A DNA stretch of 64,000 bases from assembly GCA_013265495.1 (NCBI GenBank), contig MU058654.1, positions 434,001 through 498,000 on the forward strand, written 5' to 3'. The stretch is from Vicugna vicugna (taxonomy: Eukaryota). Both the position numbers and the translations under genes were made by a program. The notes under the pieces were generated by a model that did no database searches, had not been told where the DNA came from, and worked only from the letters and a program-made list of their open reading frames with translations. Shown one piece after another: positions 1-14,246 of the stretch. Numbering within the stretch: position 1 is the first letter of the stretch; each line of letters opens with the position of its first letter.

Positions 1-2444
1 GCATAAGACAGATGGGGTCACTGTATTCAGAGTCCAGACACCAATAGCCTGAGGTTCAGCACCAAGGACCTCTGATGGGCCATGATGTGCAGTGGGTTCA
101 TGGAACAAGACACCTAACAGAGGACAAGTGGGGCCAAGCCCAAAGCCAGTGACCTTAGAGCAGGGTCTAGGGTGGGAACCGTTTCCTCCACCCAGAGGGA
201 GGGTGTCTTTCCTTTATGCCTGACACCTGTAACCAAGAGGAACCGTCCATTTGTGATTTGCACAAGTCACTGTTGAGTCTAGCAATATCCCAGATTTGGC
301 TTCTGGAAAATTTTATTGTTAGCATGATCAACACACCTACTCAGAGTGCCTAGCTGAGAAGAATGCAAAGAGGACATAGATGTCCCACTCATCCCCTTGG
401 CTAGGGATTTACAGGAGTGCACGATAACCCTGGGAAGTTGAGCCCTTTCCACCTCTCTCTCTTCACGAAGCCCCTTCCTGTTTGGCCTTTCCTCTGAGAG
501 GCCGTTTTTGACTCTCCTACTTTGAGTTGGGAGACCCTCCGAAACACCAGTGCTGAGATCAAGTCTCATCTTACTTATAACAAACAGCACCAGAATCAAG
601 GTGCACACATGGCTATAGTGCAGGTTTTAGAAAATAATCATCACGATATCCTAGTAAGAGTACAGCCTCAGTTTCTTCATCTGTAAAATGGGAATGACAA
701 TGGTGTCTACCTTCAAGGTCACTATGAAGACTGAACAGAAAACACTCATTTGTTGAATGGCCTTGCGATATTCTACTTTGCTAAGAAGTGGCCAGCACAT
801 AGCTGACAGAGAGAAGCAGCAGTGCAGACCCATCCAGCAGGCCGGTCACCAGCCTCCCACCAGACCCCTGGCCAGCTGGCTTTGGCATCTACCCCTCAAT
901 ATCAACCCAGAGCCGGCTTCACACCTGCCTCCCCTCCCAGCCCATCTCCCCATCACCTCTCCGATGCCCTCTCCCTGGAGATAATAGCTATGTAAAGAGA
1001 GAAAGTCTAAATGTAGGGAATTTTAAAGAAAAAACAAAATACTTCAAGACCTCAAAATGTTTGAAATGACTACCTTTCAAAATGAAATCATGAGGGACTT
1101 GTTTCCTTCTACTTTTTCTCTTCCCCTACTTTCATTTTTTAAAATAACTACATATTGTTTTCCCTATCAGAAAAATTTAGGATAATTTAAAAAATCAAGC
1201 CAGTTTTGTGATGCTAGTGAAACAAAAAATCCCTATTTCTGTCCTTCCTGCCTTGGCTTAGAAATGGTCTTGGAAAAAGGGGTCCAAGGCTGAGTCTGGG
1301 GCTCTATTTCCTGTAAGCTTTTCACAAAGTTTAAAGGGCAGTGGGGGAAAGCTACGTCATCCACTCAAAGTCTTGCCAAGGTTTGGGGAAGATTATTGGG
1401 AAACTATTGGGAAATCTGACTTTATATGTTTTGGTTGCTTTATTCACTTCATTTTTATATGAGAGTTTTTTTTTTTTTAAGGTTTCCATTTGTTTGAAGT
1501 GGAGGTTTTTTGCCACATAGGGTTAAAAAAATGACCTGGCCATCATGATGGTCTGGATACCACCCAGCACAGCAAAGCAAAGATAGGAAGAAGGTCAAGG
1601 CCGCAGCCCCAGAGCAAGGGGAAAAGCATCCCCAGGGGATGCCAGCGGGTCAGTGAGGATCGTGTGAACTCACTCCACGCCAGTAGAGTGTGACTGAGAA
1701 GTGAGGACCATCAAGTGCAGCTCTCCAAGTGGGAAGAGAGTCCATGGACTGCTAGGGCTGCGACCTCCCCTCACTCACCCCACGCCCTCCAGTTCCCCGG
1801 GGTGGAGCTGGACCTGAAGCTTCAAAGGGCCGACCACGAGTCTGGGACCTCTCACCAGAACTACTGAACGGGATCTGCATTTTACCGGAACCCACGTGGT
1901 GCACCGGCACATTAGCATTTGAAAAGCAGCGGTGTAAACGGCTGGTCCATGTGGGTGTGCATCCACAGTGATCAGGTCTGCGTGTACGTGTGTTACCTTA
2001 CTGGGCTCTCACACCTTCCTCCCACCCTACAGCAGGTGAGTGGAAGCGGTATTTTACAAACGAAGAAAATGATTCAGGAGGATAAGTGACTAGAGCAAAG
2101 CCATCTAGCTCGTCAGTTACAGAGCAGCCCGGGCACCCTAACCCTTGATCCTAGGCCAGGATTCTCTCCACTACGCGTACCTGCTTCTTTTTGCTGGACC
2201 TGGGACAGAGGGCAGCTCAGTGAAAGTGGTGTGGCCAAGGCACTTACAGATGAGCCACGCTCGTCCTTATAATGGAGATGGTCTCCACTGGCTTCAGTAT
2301 GACGTTTCCTATCCTATTTGAGCTCACTGACACTCTGTGTCCATCACTGTCCGCTTCTTCCTTTGGGTGGAGTGAGGTAAGTTCACTCTCACAAACATCT
2401 ACTAAGAACCCAAATAGATAGACCTAGAATTACTATCATGAGAA

Positions 2445-2930
2445 GAGCAGAGCCTGCTGGTTGTTTTACTGTACCCTTTCTTCTCTTTTTTCCCAGTAAC
2501 AGAACCCCAGCTTTAATTGGGATGATATTGTACCTAAGGTAAAGTCTACCTCCCAGCCTACCTTGTAACTAGATACAATCATGTAACTAAGTACTAATGA
2601 GAGAGAAGCAGACATTACTAGGGAGGATTATGAAAAAGTTCTTTAAAAGGGAGACCAATTGCTGTGTAGACTCTTTTTGCCCTTCTCTTCCGCTTTCTGT
2701 TTACTTCTGGATCATGGATGTAATGGCTGGAGCCCCAGCAGCCACTGGGTCACAAGGTGATCTCTTGGATGAAAGCCAAGGACTAGAGATGAGAGCAGCA
2801 ACGTAGAAGCTGGTTCTCCAGTGGGTACACAGAACCCCATACCAGCTCTCGGGACTGAGATAGGTGAGAAAATACCTTCTTATCTTATTCTGTTTAGTCT
2901 CTGCTGTAGCAGTCAAGTACACTTTCTAAC
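2445..2930 (+). mobile_element. Old ERVL-type LTR (LTR33/LTR16-like)
   Basis: cctcccagcctaccttgtaactaga...catgtaactaag; ggctggagccccagcagcca. Confidence 0.6.
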
Positions 2931-2959
2931 TGATACAGCACACAAGACCAAGATACCTT

Positions 2960-3545
2960 GACTTTACAGAGCTCAGAGGCTCATCTGCTGGGACTAACAC
3001 AGTGTGGTAAAGGTGGGCTAGGGGATTAAGGAGCCATAAATCCAGGGAACCTGGAGGATGCAGAAAGGTTTCTCCAGAGAAGTAAAATCTAAGGTTAGAA
3101 GGAACCATAGGCTGGATTTAGCCACACAGAGTGGGGAGAGGAGAGCATTCCAGGAGAGGAAAAAGCAGGTGTGAGGACCCACAGGCAGGACGGGACTGGG
3201 AGCATCAGCGGTCCTGCTAATGGACTCAAAATGTATCACATCAGTTACAGGGGCTGCTGAAGGCTTTTAAATAAAAATGTTCATGTTAGAAAAATCCCTC
3301 TGGCTTCTATACTGAGAAGGGATGAAAAATGCAAGTCTGAAAACAGCAGACCTGTTAGAGGCCAGTGCAGGAAGCTGAGGGAGATGCCACGGCAGCCGGG
3401 GCCAGGCAGGGTGCTGGCAGTGGCAGGGAGTGCTACTTGGCAGATAAAACTGGCAGGATGTGGGAGGGAAGGGAATGAAGAGTCAGGAGAGGGGCTCAGT
3501 GTCCTGGCTTGAACCAATTTTGGGACAGAGAATCAGCTCAGTCTG
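2960..3545. mobile_element. L2 LINE fragment
   Basis: Purine-rich L2-like text (gggctgctgaaggctttta, aaaatccctctggct). Similar pieces at ~12400-13000, 28290-28450, 54740-55050 and 61880-62280. Confidence 0.55.
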
Positions 3546-5254
3546 GGCCACACTGTGTCCACCAACACTGCAGAAAAATCTTATTTCCTAGCACAGACTC
3601 TTCTCTCACCTTGCTTGTGGGCGTGTCATGGGTGAGTCCCAGCCCAGTTACCCGTTACTACTGAAAATAGAAAAAAAGAAAGCCTTTCTTCATGCACAAG
3701 GCAACATGCGCTATATGAGGCTCATCCTTGCTGGGTAATAACCTAAACAGAAATGTTTTCAGACTTTTGTGTGAAAGTAAAAAGTGGCGGGGAGAGTTTT
3801 ATACAGATAAGAACATGGCAATTATCTTAGGGAAAAATGATCCCAGCTATTCTTCGAGTCCAAATTCTAGGGTTCTCTTAAAGCAAAGTTGTCCGTCTCA
3901 ATCCTCAGGGATGATTTAGGTGAAAGTTCTGAGATTTAGTACATGAAATATGCCAAACATTTTTTTTAAAAAAAGAAAAAGGTCCTGGAAATAAAAAGAA
4001 ACCCACCTCATCACAAGAAATGCTGTCTATCCCTGAATATTTGGTTCGGTTCCAGCTACCGACATTTCATCAGACAGAGCAAAGCAGAGAACTACTAAAA
4101 TGCAGTGTAGTTAAAGCGGTTGCCAGAGGAGGGCAGTCTAACACGATTCCTGCAAGAGTCAAGGCCGAGAGGTATGAATTACCCAAGGCTTCAAAAAGAC
4201 CAACACTCACCATTCCACTTGGTGAGCTCTCTCATCGGGGAAATAATGCAAAATACGGGGTTGGCGATACATCCTTAAAAGCAGTCATGGCAGTATAACT
4301 TGCAAGAGAAGAGAACGTGAAGCAGTCAGAATGGCCAGTGACGAGGAGATGATGAATGAATTAGGATATATGTAGAATGTGGTGCTTGTTTTCATGGGAA
4401 ATGGTCAAGAGCCAAACTATCATGTTTAGATTTAGATGCTGGATAAAAATGCTATGTATGAGCATTACATTTACTTAAATATACAATGAAAGCCAAATGC
4501 TGATGGGAAACAAGGGTAGAAAAGATAAATGCTATAACCCTTGATAATATGAAATATGAAGATGTAACAATCATTAAACAGGTGATGCAAGACAGAAACA
4601 AGAAAAGTCACGCAAGGCACGAAGTGTAGGGATAAATTAGAAGGGAAAAGGGTCAACCGTCTAGGAAGTTTTAAACTATCTTTTAAATTATTCACGGATA
4701 TTTTAAGCAGAATATCTGAAGGGGAAAATGTGTTTTTCTAGATTTATGGCATTAAAAACGTATATAATTAAATAAGAAAAAGGAATTACTTAAACATCCA
4801 ATTCGAGGTTAGAAAAACAACAATAAAATATACCCAGAAGAGGGTAATAAAGGGTAAGGGCAGAAATGAAAGAAATGAAAAACAGAAAAGAAGGAAACGG
4901 AGCTTTTTCTAAGGAAAATGCAAGGTACAAAGTTGACCCCAGAAGAGGGAGAAAACAAAAATAAAACAATATGAGTGAAAAAGCAACAACAACAACAAAA
5001 AAAAACAAGAGAGAGAAAGAGAAAAAGTGACTACAGCATTTGGGAATAGAGTTGCCTCCCAAGAATGGAAAACTCTGCAATGTATTCAAAGAATAAAGTT
5101 GCTTTCAATGAGCTGATACTAAAATAACTTTTTTTAAAAAGGGGGAAAGCAAGGTGCATAATAGCAGATACGGGGAAACCTCCTTCGTGTTAAAGCAACC
5201 GATTCATACAGACACATAGTTTAATCTGTTTATGATGCTAAGGGTCTGTTAACA

Positions 5255-5515
5255 CGGAGGCAGTGCCGCGTGCTAGTCATACGGAGACTCCGGAGACAGA
5301 TTCCCTGGATTTGGATCCTGGCTCCACCACTTTCTATCATGAGACTGTCAGCAGTTTCCTTAGCTTCTCTGTGCCTCGGTTTCCTCACCTGTAAAATGGT
5401 AACAGCAATAGAGCCCAACTCATAGATGGGAATTAAATGGGTTAATTCATCCAAAGTGCTTTGGAACAGCGTCTAATAGTCACACGATAAGAGCTCACTA
5501 GGAGTTAGCTACGAT
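5255..5515 (+). mobile_element. MIR SINE
   Basis: MIR core ctctgtgcctcggtttcctcacctgtaaaatgg. Further MIR fragments at ~660-790, 2030-2175, 11910-12135, 23560-23830, 26910-27125, 53000-53220, 57950-58130, 58870-59095 and 62650-62790. Confidence 0.85.
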
Positions 5516-8226
5516 GATTATTTTATACAGGCTGGTATATACTTTTCTCCCTAAAAGAAGGCATCACAAGCAATTGTCCCTTGGAAAACTGGGGGGAAGG
5601 CAGCAGTGGGGGGAGTAGACTTTGAGGCAAAGGGAAGGCTCTCACTCTCTGAACTGCTGGCATTCCCGGAACATCTGCCGAGTAACGAAAAACTTGTGCG
5701 GATGGTGGACTTTGGGACCACTTTGGTTTTCGTTTTCAGCCTTTTCTACATTTAAACAATATTGTATTTTCAAATGGTGTGTTCACTCTCTGCAGAACTA
5801 TACAAGATGTACACAAATGAAAACAGATTAGAAGGAAAATCACAAAAATTCTAACAGTACTTTTGGAGTAAGAAGATTCAGGACCTTTTCCCCCTCTTCA
5901 TTTTAGGTAATTCTTTTATATTTACTTTCAAATGTACTATTTGAAATGAAAATATTCTTGTCGTAATCCTTCTCCCTTTTTCCAGAGCCGTGGGCATCTT
6001 TCCAGATCTTCCCTTGTGCATTAGCACAGGTACATGAATCCTTAGAGAAATATGTAATGCTTTTAACAATAGACATATTATCACACTTCTTGTATTGTTC
6101 TGCAAGTGGCTTTTTGCAATTCAAAATAGGTCTTGGAAAAAGTTTCTGTATCAGTATCTACATCAGACACAAATACCTACCTTACTTGCTAATAGCTAAT
6201 TAATACGTTAATGTTCATACATTAATATGCTAAGATGTTAACATGTTAATAAGCAATTGATCAACATGTTCCCTAATAGGTTTGTGGCAACGTTTATGCA
6301 GCTTTTTCCTTATTGATGGACGTGTAGTTTCTTCCCAAATGTCTACTCTTGCCATCAACACTACAACACACAGCCTTCTGCACACCTGTTCACGTTCCTG
6401 AAGAGTTCTTGATGATTTTTCCCTATTTTGTGTATTTTTGAGGATGCTATATTGCTTTCATAATATGAAATAATTTGCAAACCAGCAAGAGTAAGGATAA
6501 GAGGAACATGAGCTTGCTTTCTAAACCCAAGAATTCTGCATTTTCATCCCTTGAAGCACAACATGCAAGTGAATATCAGGACCCCTCAAAGTGAATAATA
6601 AAGCCAACACACATCCACACACACACAACACACAACAATGATCATTTTCCTCAGGAGGTTGTACAAAGTACAAATATAAATATGTAGTTTAACCAAATGC
6701 ATAGAAGTCGCAGCATCAATGGTCAGTTGGGATGATTAGGGACAAATTGCATTTAATGGAAATACTGTGAACAATTGTGTTTCTCGGGGCAGCTGCCAAT
6801 GACAGGCGATTGGACTAGAAGGAGCGAGCGTCCCAGGTGTGGTCAGCCTATGCTCTGACCACCATGATTACCACCAATGACAAAGCTTTGCAAAGATCCC
6901 CAGAACTTACTATCTTGTCTCTTTTCTAGTAAATTTACTGGTTCATGAGAAAAGATGCCACGAATCAATTAAGTACAAGTCTATTATTTGGATAAGACAA
7001 GGGAAATAATCTCTTGCTGTCTTCCATGTTTCTTTCATGGGTTTTCATAAGGACCACGATAAGCATCACATCATTAATGGCACCCAAGACCAGATGAAGG
7101 CACAGAAATCTTTGAGGAAAGGAAAAATGTGGCTCTCCAGAGCTCTCTGTGGAAGAAAATGTTCCCACAGTTAACTCACGTCAGTGAAGCTAAGAGTCAG
7201 AGGCTGAGGGTCTCCCTGTTAAAGATCAGAGCAGCACATATCATTTTGTTCAATGCAATGGCAAAAGGATCCTCTTCTGAATAAAGAGTTTGACTTAGAG
7301 AAAGAAAGAAGAGAAAGCAATCGAGCCATTCCTGTCCGCATCCTCACACTCACTGGGGAAGAAAATAAAATGAGTGTGTTCTGTTTAACCCCATGGCTGC
7401 AGAGTCAAATACCCGACATGCATATTTGGGAAAGAAAACAATACAAGCACACAGCCATCTTGCAGCCAAGATGAAAATGCCAAGTGAACTTGGTAGATCC
7501 AACTTTGTTGCTATTGAGATGCTGAAGCAATGACTTTAGCTGCCTATTTCAGGCTTCTTACGACATAAGGGGCAAAAGTACCCTATTTATTACTCGAAGC
7601 CAGATTTCTATTACTCACAGCCAAAGGCAATCCCCAGACTAGAAGACATGGGCCACAATGATGGTGGTCTAGCATCAAAGAGTGTATGGGTGGGAGGCAG
7701 GTGTCTACCCAATTAACTAAAATATCGAGCAGAATATGAAAAGTACTAAACTGAAATAAGCAAAAGTCCTACAACACAAAAGCAGAAAGAAAACTTGTGT
7801 CTTACCAGAGGGACCCAGGAATCCCTTACAGAAAAGATGGAGAAGTCACTGGAGCCAGGTTTTGCAAAATGAAGAGGCTTTAGGGCTCCAGGTCAAGAAA
7901 GGCTGGTCCCCCACCGAGGACCCAGCAGGAAGAATGGGCGGTGGCCTGGGCCCGCAGTTAGTTGCACGCCAGTCCCAGGCAGCTGGAGGACCAAACTGTG
8001 CTTAAAGACGACTGTGTTGGTTGATTCTCCTAAACCATTTCCCACTTTTTCTTTCCATGTTCCGTAGTGATCTCCACCACATATTCATCTACCGCAAGGA
8101 GCTAGGGACAAGTCATTGGCTACTACCTTGCAAGGAGAAAGTAAAAGAAAAGAAAATGTAATCGTTGTCAACAATGGTTAATATGAAAATTTACTGGTTC
8201 CTTTCATATGAGTCCTTCTCATTTAA

Positions 8227-8405
8227 AAGTGATTTTTCCCCCCCTTGGAGAACATTTAGCAATTTCTGGAAACCTTTGTGGTTGTCACAGTTAGGGGAGT
8301 GGGGTGCTACTGGTGGGTAGAAGCCAGGGACACTGCTCAACACCCTACAGCCCACAGGACAGCCCCCATCACAAAAGTATCCAGTCGAAGTATCCGTAAT
8401 GCTGA
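8227..8405 (+). mobile_element. MER20-like DNA transposon
   Basis: ggttgtcacag...ggtgctactgg...gggtagaagccagggacactgctcaacaccctacag...caggacagccccc. Confidence 0.8.
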
Positions 8406-11209
8406 CACGTTTATATTTTTGGATAGTGGCTGGCGGAGCTGCCCACGTGTGGCTTCATATTGAATGAGTTCATCAAAGGAAGTGAGTAAATGGTAGCAGC
8501 ATCCTGAGAAAAGACCAGGGGTCCCTGCGAGACACTCCGTTGCATTTTCTCATTAATACTGCATCGAACTCCATTGACTCCAGCAGCCTCATAGTGCCAT
8601 CTGATACTTCAAGGGATTCCTTTTTACATGGAAATCCCACTAACAAGATACTCAGGAATAAAAATGTGCTTAATCAATGCATAAAGAAACAAAATCCCAT
8701 CACACAAGGATCCAAATACATTTTCTATAGTGAAGTGTGCTGGGGACGGAGGAGCCTCTGGCTTGTCGGCTCTTCAGAATCGTCAGCCCCGGCATCGAAC
8801 AGCAACAACACATTCTTAACACAGTTGTAAAGCCTGTATTTACTATTTTCATTCAAGAGAAACTCCATGCCAAGAATAATAGCATGTTACGGAAGTAGTC
8901 TTTTCAGAAAAACTTTTTAAAAAATCATATTGAACTACACAGGATACGGCGTTGGTAAAGAATGGCGTTTACATCACAGATGGGCGATGGAGAACTGTGC
9001 TCAATCACAGATGGTATATTTTTTTCCTATATTTCACAAAAGAGGCAATTTCTATCACTTTTTTTTTTCTTTTACATTTTGCTCTTGGTAATCCTGTAGA
9101 TGGGGGAAAAAAACTAAACTAAAAAGAAACGTGGAAACATTTACTTTTAGTGCTGTTTATAATCTTACTCTTTAGTGGATGGAAACATCGCTGAATATTC
9201 TGTGGTGCAATTTACTTAAAAAAAAAAAACTTAGAGTGTAATTCATTTTAGGTAAGCAATTTGTTTTATGAGCCGTGTATGTTTATTTGGGGTTGTGCTG
9301 GTTTTTTACTGAGTGCGATAAAGACACTTCTTATCAATTGATTTGTTGTATCAGCAATGGGCTTCTTTCCAGACTGAAACGTGGCAGCTTTTCTGAGGAC
9401 ATTATCCGGCACATAATTTCAGCACAGACATGAATCCGGGTTCATTAGGGCCCACTTCCACTGCCTGTTATGACCTAATTGCTAGGATTCCTGCTTGACG
9501 GTGGCATTATCTCCCCCTGCATAAAGTGTCTCACATGGTTGTCAAATGGGTTCTCTCTCCCTTTGATGATTCACCACATACACAACTTTGAATCGTGCCA
9601 ACTTGTATACCAACCGATCAAATCGCAAGTTCAAAAGTTCACTCCCAATCCCATGTGACGTGGAAACTTCAAACACTACAAAGCTGACACTTTTTATGAA
9701 TGATAAATTGCAGTGCAGGGCAGAAACTGGAGATACTAGGTTACCATTTTGATGCTGTTAAAAACACAGTCAGAAGGTAATTCTTAACCCACATGTGGAT
9801 TAGTACATTTCAGCTGTGTAATATGCAAGCCACTTGCCTTCTATGCAGCCCTGGGTACAAAAAATACTGTCCTTTGGGGCTCATCTAACTTAACCATGAC
9901 TCCCAGACCACAGGGCCCTTGCACGGTCTGATGTTAATGGCCTCAGGTCAATAGGATATCATGCTTATTTGTGCATTTCCAGCGTGAGAAAAATCATGCC
10001 TTGAGAACAAAATCGTGGCCAGTGTAGATCTTACAAAAGCGTACATCGCAATGTCCTGGGGAACATTCGTCCTCACTTCAGGAGTGCATGTGTGAGGCAG
10101 AACGTAAGGGCTACACCCCCTCAGACAGTGGCGCGGGGAGATGGAACAGCTGTGCACATGGGCTCGAGAATGTAAAACCAGGAAGCTACGTCTTTAGAAA
10201 AAGTATTTCTTTTAAATCCCCAAATATCACATCTGGTTGCATCAAGTTGTCATTATGACATAGTATTTAAGATGATTTAATGGGTTATTGCAGAATAAGA
10301 ATCCTGGAGTTTATTTAACTACTGTGCATTAAGAGAATGCAGCTTTTTAAACGATGTTCTGACAAAGCCGATAAAAAGCTGTTCTTGATGTTGGATGACT
10401 TTATTGTAGCCTTTTTTTTTTCTTTTTACTGTAGTCAGTATAAATATAGCTTTCAAATATAAATGGAATATATAGAAGCACAAAAGTGAACGTGGGGCTT
10501 TGCGGTAGGAATTTAAAGTGAGCAGCGCATACCAAATGTAGAGAACTATTTACTTTTGAAAATTTATGAGGGTGTATTGACAACGAGCATGAATGGGACT
10601 GTCACAGTAAAACACCTGTCATTTACCTACTGTCCCTTGTTAGCAAATCCCCTTACCTGGCCTCAGCCAACCAACAGGTCAGTCCCCAGTTTGAGGGAGG
10701 GTTATCTTGGATTTGGAAAGTCTCCTGGCCTGCCTTCCTCCTCACACCTCTCCACCTCCCCCCATCACTGTGGCCCTCTTACCACTTCCTCTCAAATTCG
10801 GGTCACCTTCAACAGAAAATTGAGGTTCCATGTAGCTAGAGCAACTGCAGACCACTTACATAAGGCCCAAACCCAAATTCAGCACCCTGGTTCCCCAATC
10901 CATAGCTATGTCTACCATATTGTCACGTTCTTGCTGCCATTCCTGGCAACTGCCCTAGTGGATATCAGCATTATGTGTTTTCCCAGCATGGAAACGTGTA
11001 CAAAACTTTGGCTTTCCTGCACTGCAGGGGATTGTGTTTCACCTGAACCTCATCCTACTGTGCTCAGAACTCCTAATGACAGGGTTAAATAAACAAACCA
11101 CCACTGTGGACAGCAGACTTTCAGCAGATTGCAATGACCCCTTAACAACGTCTTGAGCAAACTGGAAGTTTAGTCTGGGGCTGGTACAGAGGCCCTGCTT
11201 GGTAATTCC

Positions 11210-11500
11210 TCAAGGACTTGATCTCCTCCAGCTCACTGCTTTGTCATCCCTCCTCCAGGCAAGTCCAAGTTCCAGGCAGCAGAATGCATGAAGAGACAAG
11301 GGAAAGAAGAACAAAGAGCTGGCACCAACTGCCTCCAAAAGACAGTTTCCAGAAACTGCCACACAACACTGCAGCTTCCATCCCATGGACCAAAACTTAC
11401 TGCCCATAGCCACGTGCAGCTGCAAAGAACAGACCAGAACATTTCGTTTTTATTCTGAAGAACCATGTGCCCAGGCAAAATCCAACCATTATGAAAGGAC
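11210..11500 (-). mobile_element. Old ERVL-type LTR fragment (LTR33-like)
   Basis: catcccatggaccaaaactta...catagccacgtgcagctgcaa is the reverse complement of the same motif. Confidence 0.5.
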
Positions 11501-13719
11501 AATGGAACAGAGTAGTTGCTGTGGATGGGGAAATGTGCATTTGTCTGTGGACTCCGAATCGTTGACAAGATCCTTCCTTGCCCCATGTTTCTTTCATCGG
11601 TCACAGACTCTAGCATTAACAGTGCATGGGTTTTATTTTGAGGCAACCCCAATGGATAGTTTAACCTGACTGATGACTGATGACTGCCTGATTAATCATT
11701 AACCCTGATTAATGACTGCTTGAGGAGTCTGAAGCAAAGGGTGGCCTCAGTGACAAAGAGCTCCGCTCCCCACTGGTGATGCCTGTAATGTACGGGTACC
11801 CACAGGAAGAGAGAATGGGGACAAAGATGCCTTCTCTTACATTCCTGTTCTAGCACCCTCATTCGGATTTTACTTTCAAATTAAGGTAATGGTTCTGCAA
11901 GTCCAGCAGCATGATAATAACTAATGATACTAACACTTCCACGGCACATCACCCAAAACAATATACGCGTACACCATGTATGTACTATTTCATCCCAACA
12001 GTGAGGTAAGAAATATTTCTATGTTTCCTAATTTAGAGATGAAGAGGTTAAGTTTTAAGCGGAACCATGGGCTCCCACTAAAGTCATCTAATAATAAATG
12101 GCAGATCCAGAATTTGAATTTCATTCTTTCACCGTTAAGAAATGTTTTTTTACTCCCCTGCACAATACTATTATTCCCCCCCCCAAAAAAAAGAAAATTT
12201 TCCTTGATAGACTTTCATGGATCTTTAAAATACTATGCTGTGAAAAAAAAAAACAGGAGAAAGACAAAGCGATGATATATCATCTACTGATGATTCCCTC
12301 TTCAAGTTTTGAGCCTTTCCTGCTAATGAATGTCCCCTGATACCCAAGCCAAATGAAACATTCATTCAACAAACCTAAAATGCAAACAAAGGTTTGATTA
12401 AAAGGAAGCTTACTAGGAACTAGGCTGCAGGTATGAATAAAAAAAATAGTTTCCGACTATAGTAAGCTTACAAACATGTAAGCAAATAAAGGACTCCACC
12501 GTGCTTGTAGAGGCCAGGACAAGGACTCGCGGTGGCACAAAGGAGCCAGCAGCGGCCGTACGAGGTGTGAGTGGGCAGGGAGGGTGTGAGAGTGGCTTCA
12601 CGCAAGAAGAGATGGATGGGACACAAAGGATGGATGGGTGATCACCAAGCACATGCAAGGGGTAGCTGGCCAAGCAGGGAGGAGCAGATGCCAGGACCGG
12701 CAGCAGAACAGCACGGCAGGTTCAGGAAAAGCCGGACAGGGCGTGTGCATGATAGAGGTACAAGAGACAGGGTGCGCACGTGACTGGAGTGTACAGAGTA
12801 CGTTGGGGGACCAGCAGCGGAGGTAGACAAGAAGACCAGATGGCCATGGGCTGCATGCAGGCACCTGGACTGAGGCTGGGTTTCATGGATGTTAGCCTGC
12901 AAGCACTGGGAAGCCACTGGAAGGTCTTCTAGCAGGCGTGCAAAATCATCACATTGCCCTTGAGAAAGACCCCTGTGGAAGCTGGGCTGGAGCTTCCAAA
13001 GGCAGAGGCAGTGCAAGCAAGTAAAACACGAGCAGAGTCGAAACTGAGAGTCCTTCCTCTGGGACCCACACTTGGTGAAGGATTTATAAACACCCTCAAC
13101 TTACATGCTCCAAAAGTGGGAATAAGCGTGTCTCTGAGGAAAGGCTCTGGACCTTTCCCCAGACTTTCAAGGAAGCCCCCAAACATTCTAAAGTTGAAAC
13201 AATAATATTCTACAGTTGAAAAACTTCTAGCCTAAACTCAGTTCACAAAAGTGCAATTATAAAAAAAAGAGATAGACACAAGGGTCGTATAGGAGTCACA
13301 AATAGAATTTTAAATGCAGTCTTTGCATTTAATTTTTTTGAAAGAAATTAGCAAAGACTTTAACAATAAGCCAACTTGTCTCATACACAAAGTAGAGGAA
13401 TTCATGTGTGTATAGGAGCCTTCCACAGATTTTCCAAGACGGGCCAGACCTCCTGAGTATCTCATCTTCTTGCGTCTTCTTGAGCTTACAAGTGCTCTCT
13501 TACTTGATGGACCATGTACCCCAAAGGTTGGTTTGAAAAGTAAATTCCATGTAAATTCAAGTCTCTGGGAAGGAGGCCAAAGGAGACTATTATTAGCTTT
13601 TGAGGGGAGAGAAGGGTATTAAGAAGCATCATATCTCAGATCTCTGGCTACAGAAACGTAAGCAGAAAATGGAGCAGTTTTCAAGTAGCAAGGTAAATAT
13701 GAAAAGAACAATCTAAATC

Positions 13720-13915
13720 ACTTGTTCTTAAACTTTATGGGGGTCACAGACCATACCGAACCTTTGAGAAGTTGCTGAACACTATGAACAGCCTCCGAAA
13801 ACAATCAATACAAGTACCTTCTTACAGAATCGTGCATAATATATTAAGAGGTTTGCAAAACCTCTCGAGTCCAAGGACATGAGCATGACCCTGGACGCCA
13901 GCTTTAGAGCCCCCA
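13720..13915. mobile_element. hAT-Charlie-type MER fragment
   Basis: gttcttaaactttatgggggtcacagacc...cctttgagaa...ctatgaac. Confidence 0.5.
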
Positions 13916-14246
13916 GTCCCGGTAATTCTCCTTCCTCTCGACAAAAATTCTGTTACCGTAGCTTTTCATCTAAATTAGTCCCATTAATATTTACATTACC
14001 TGATTTTCATTGATCCCATTCATTCTCCACTTAATTTCTCTTTTCCTGTATGCGTGCAGCCTCCATCAGCTTTAAAATCACAAAGTCAAAAAAGGAGACT
14101 GATTCCAATTTCCACTAAGTTGAACCATTGCCCAAATGGCATACAAACTCCCAAATGGATTTATAAGCTTGAAATGGAAAACATTGTGCTATGTTCAAGC
14201 TTTATTTTTTAAAAATGCCTTACCTCTCAGCATTGCTATCTTTTCT

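Noticed and set aside
6190..6275. Cluster of short AT-rich palindromes
   Set aside because: Low-complexity sequence among old L1-like debris; no long stem
10556..11092. 178-aa ORF
   Set aside because: Non-ATG start, no domain resemblance, no convincing splice structure
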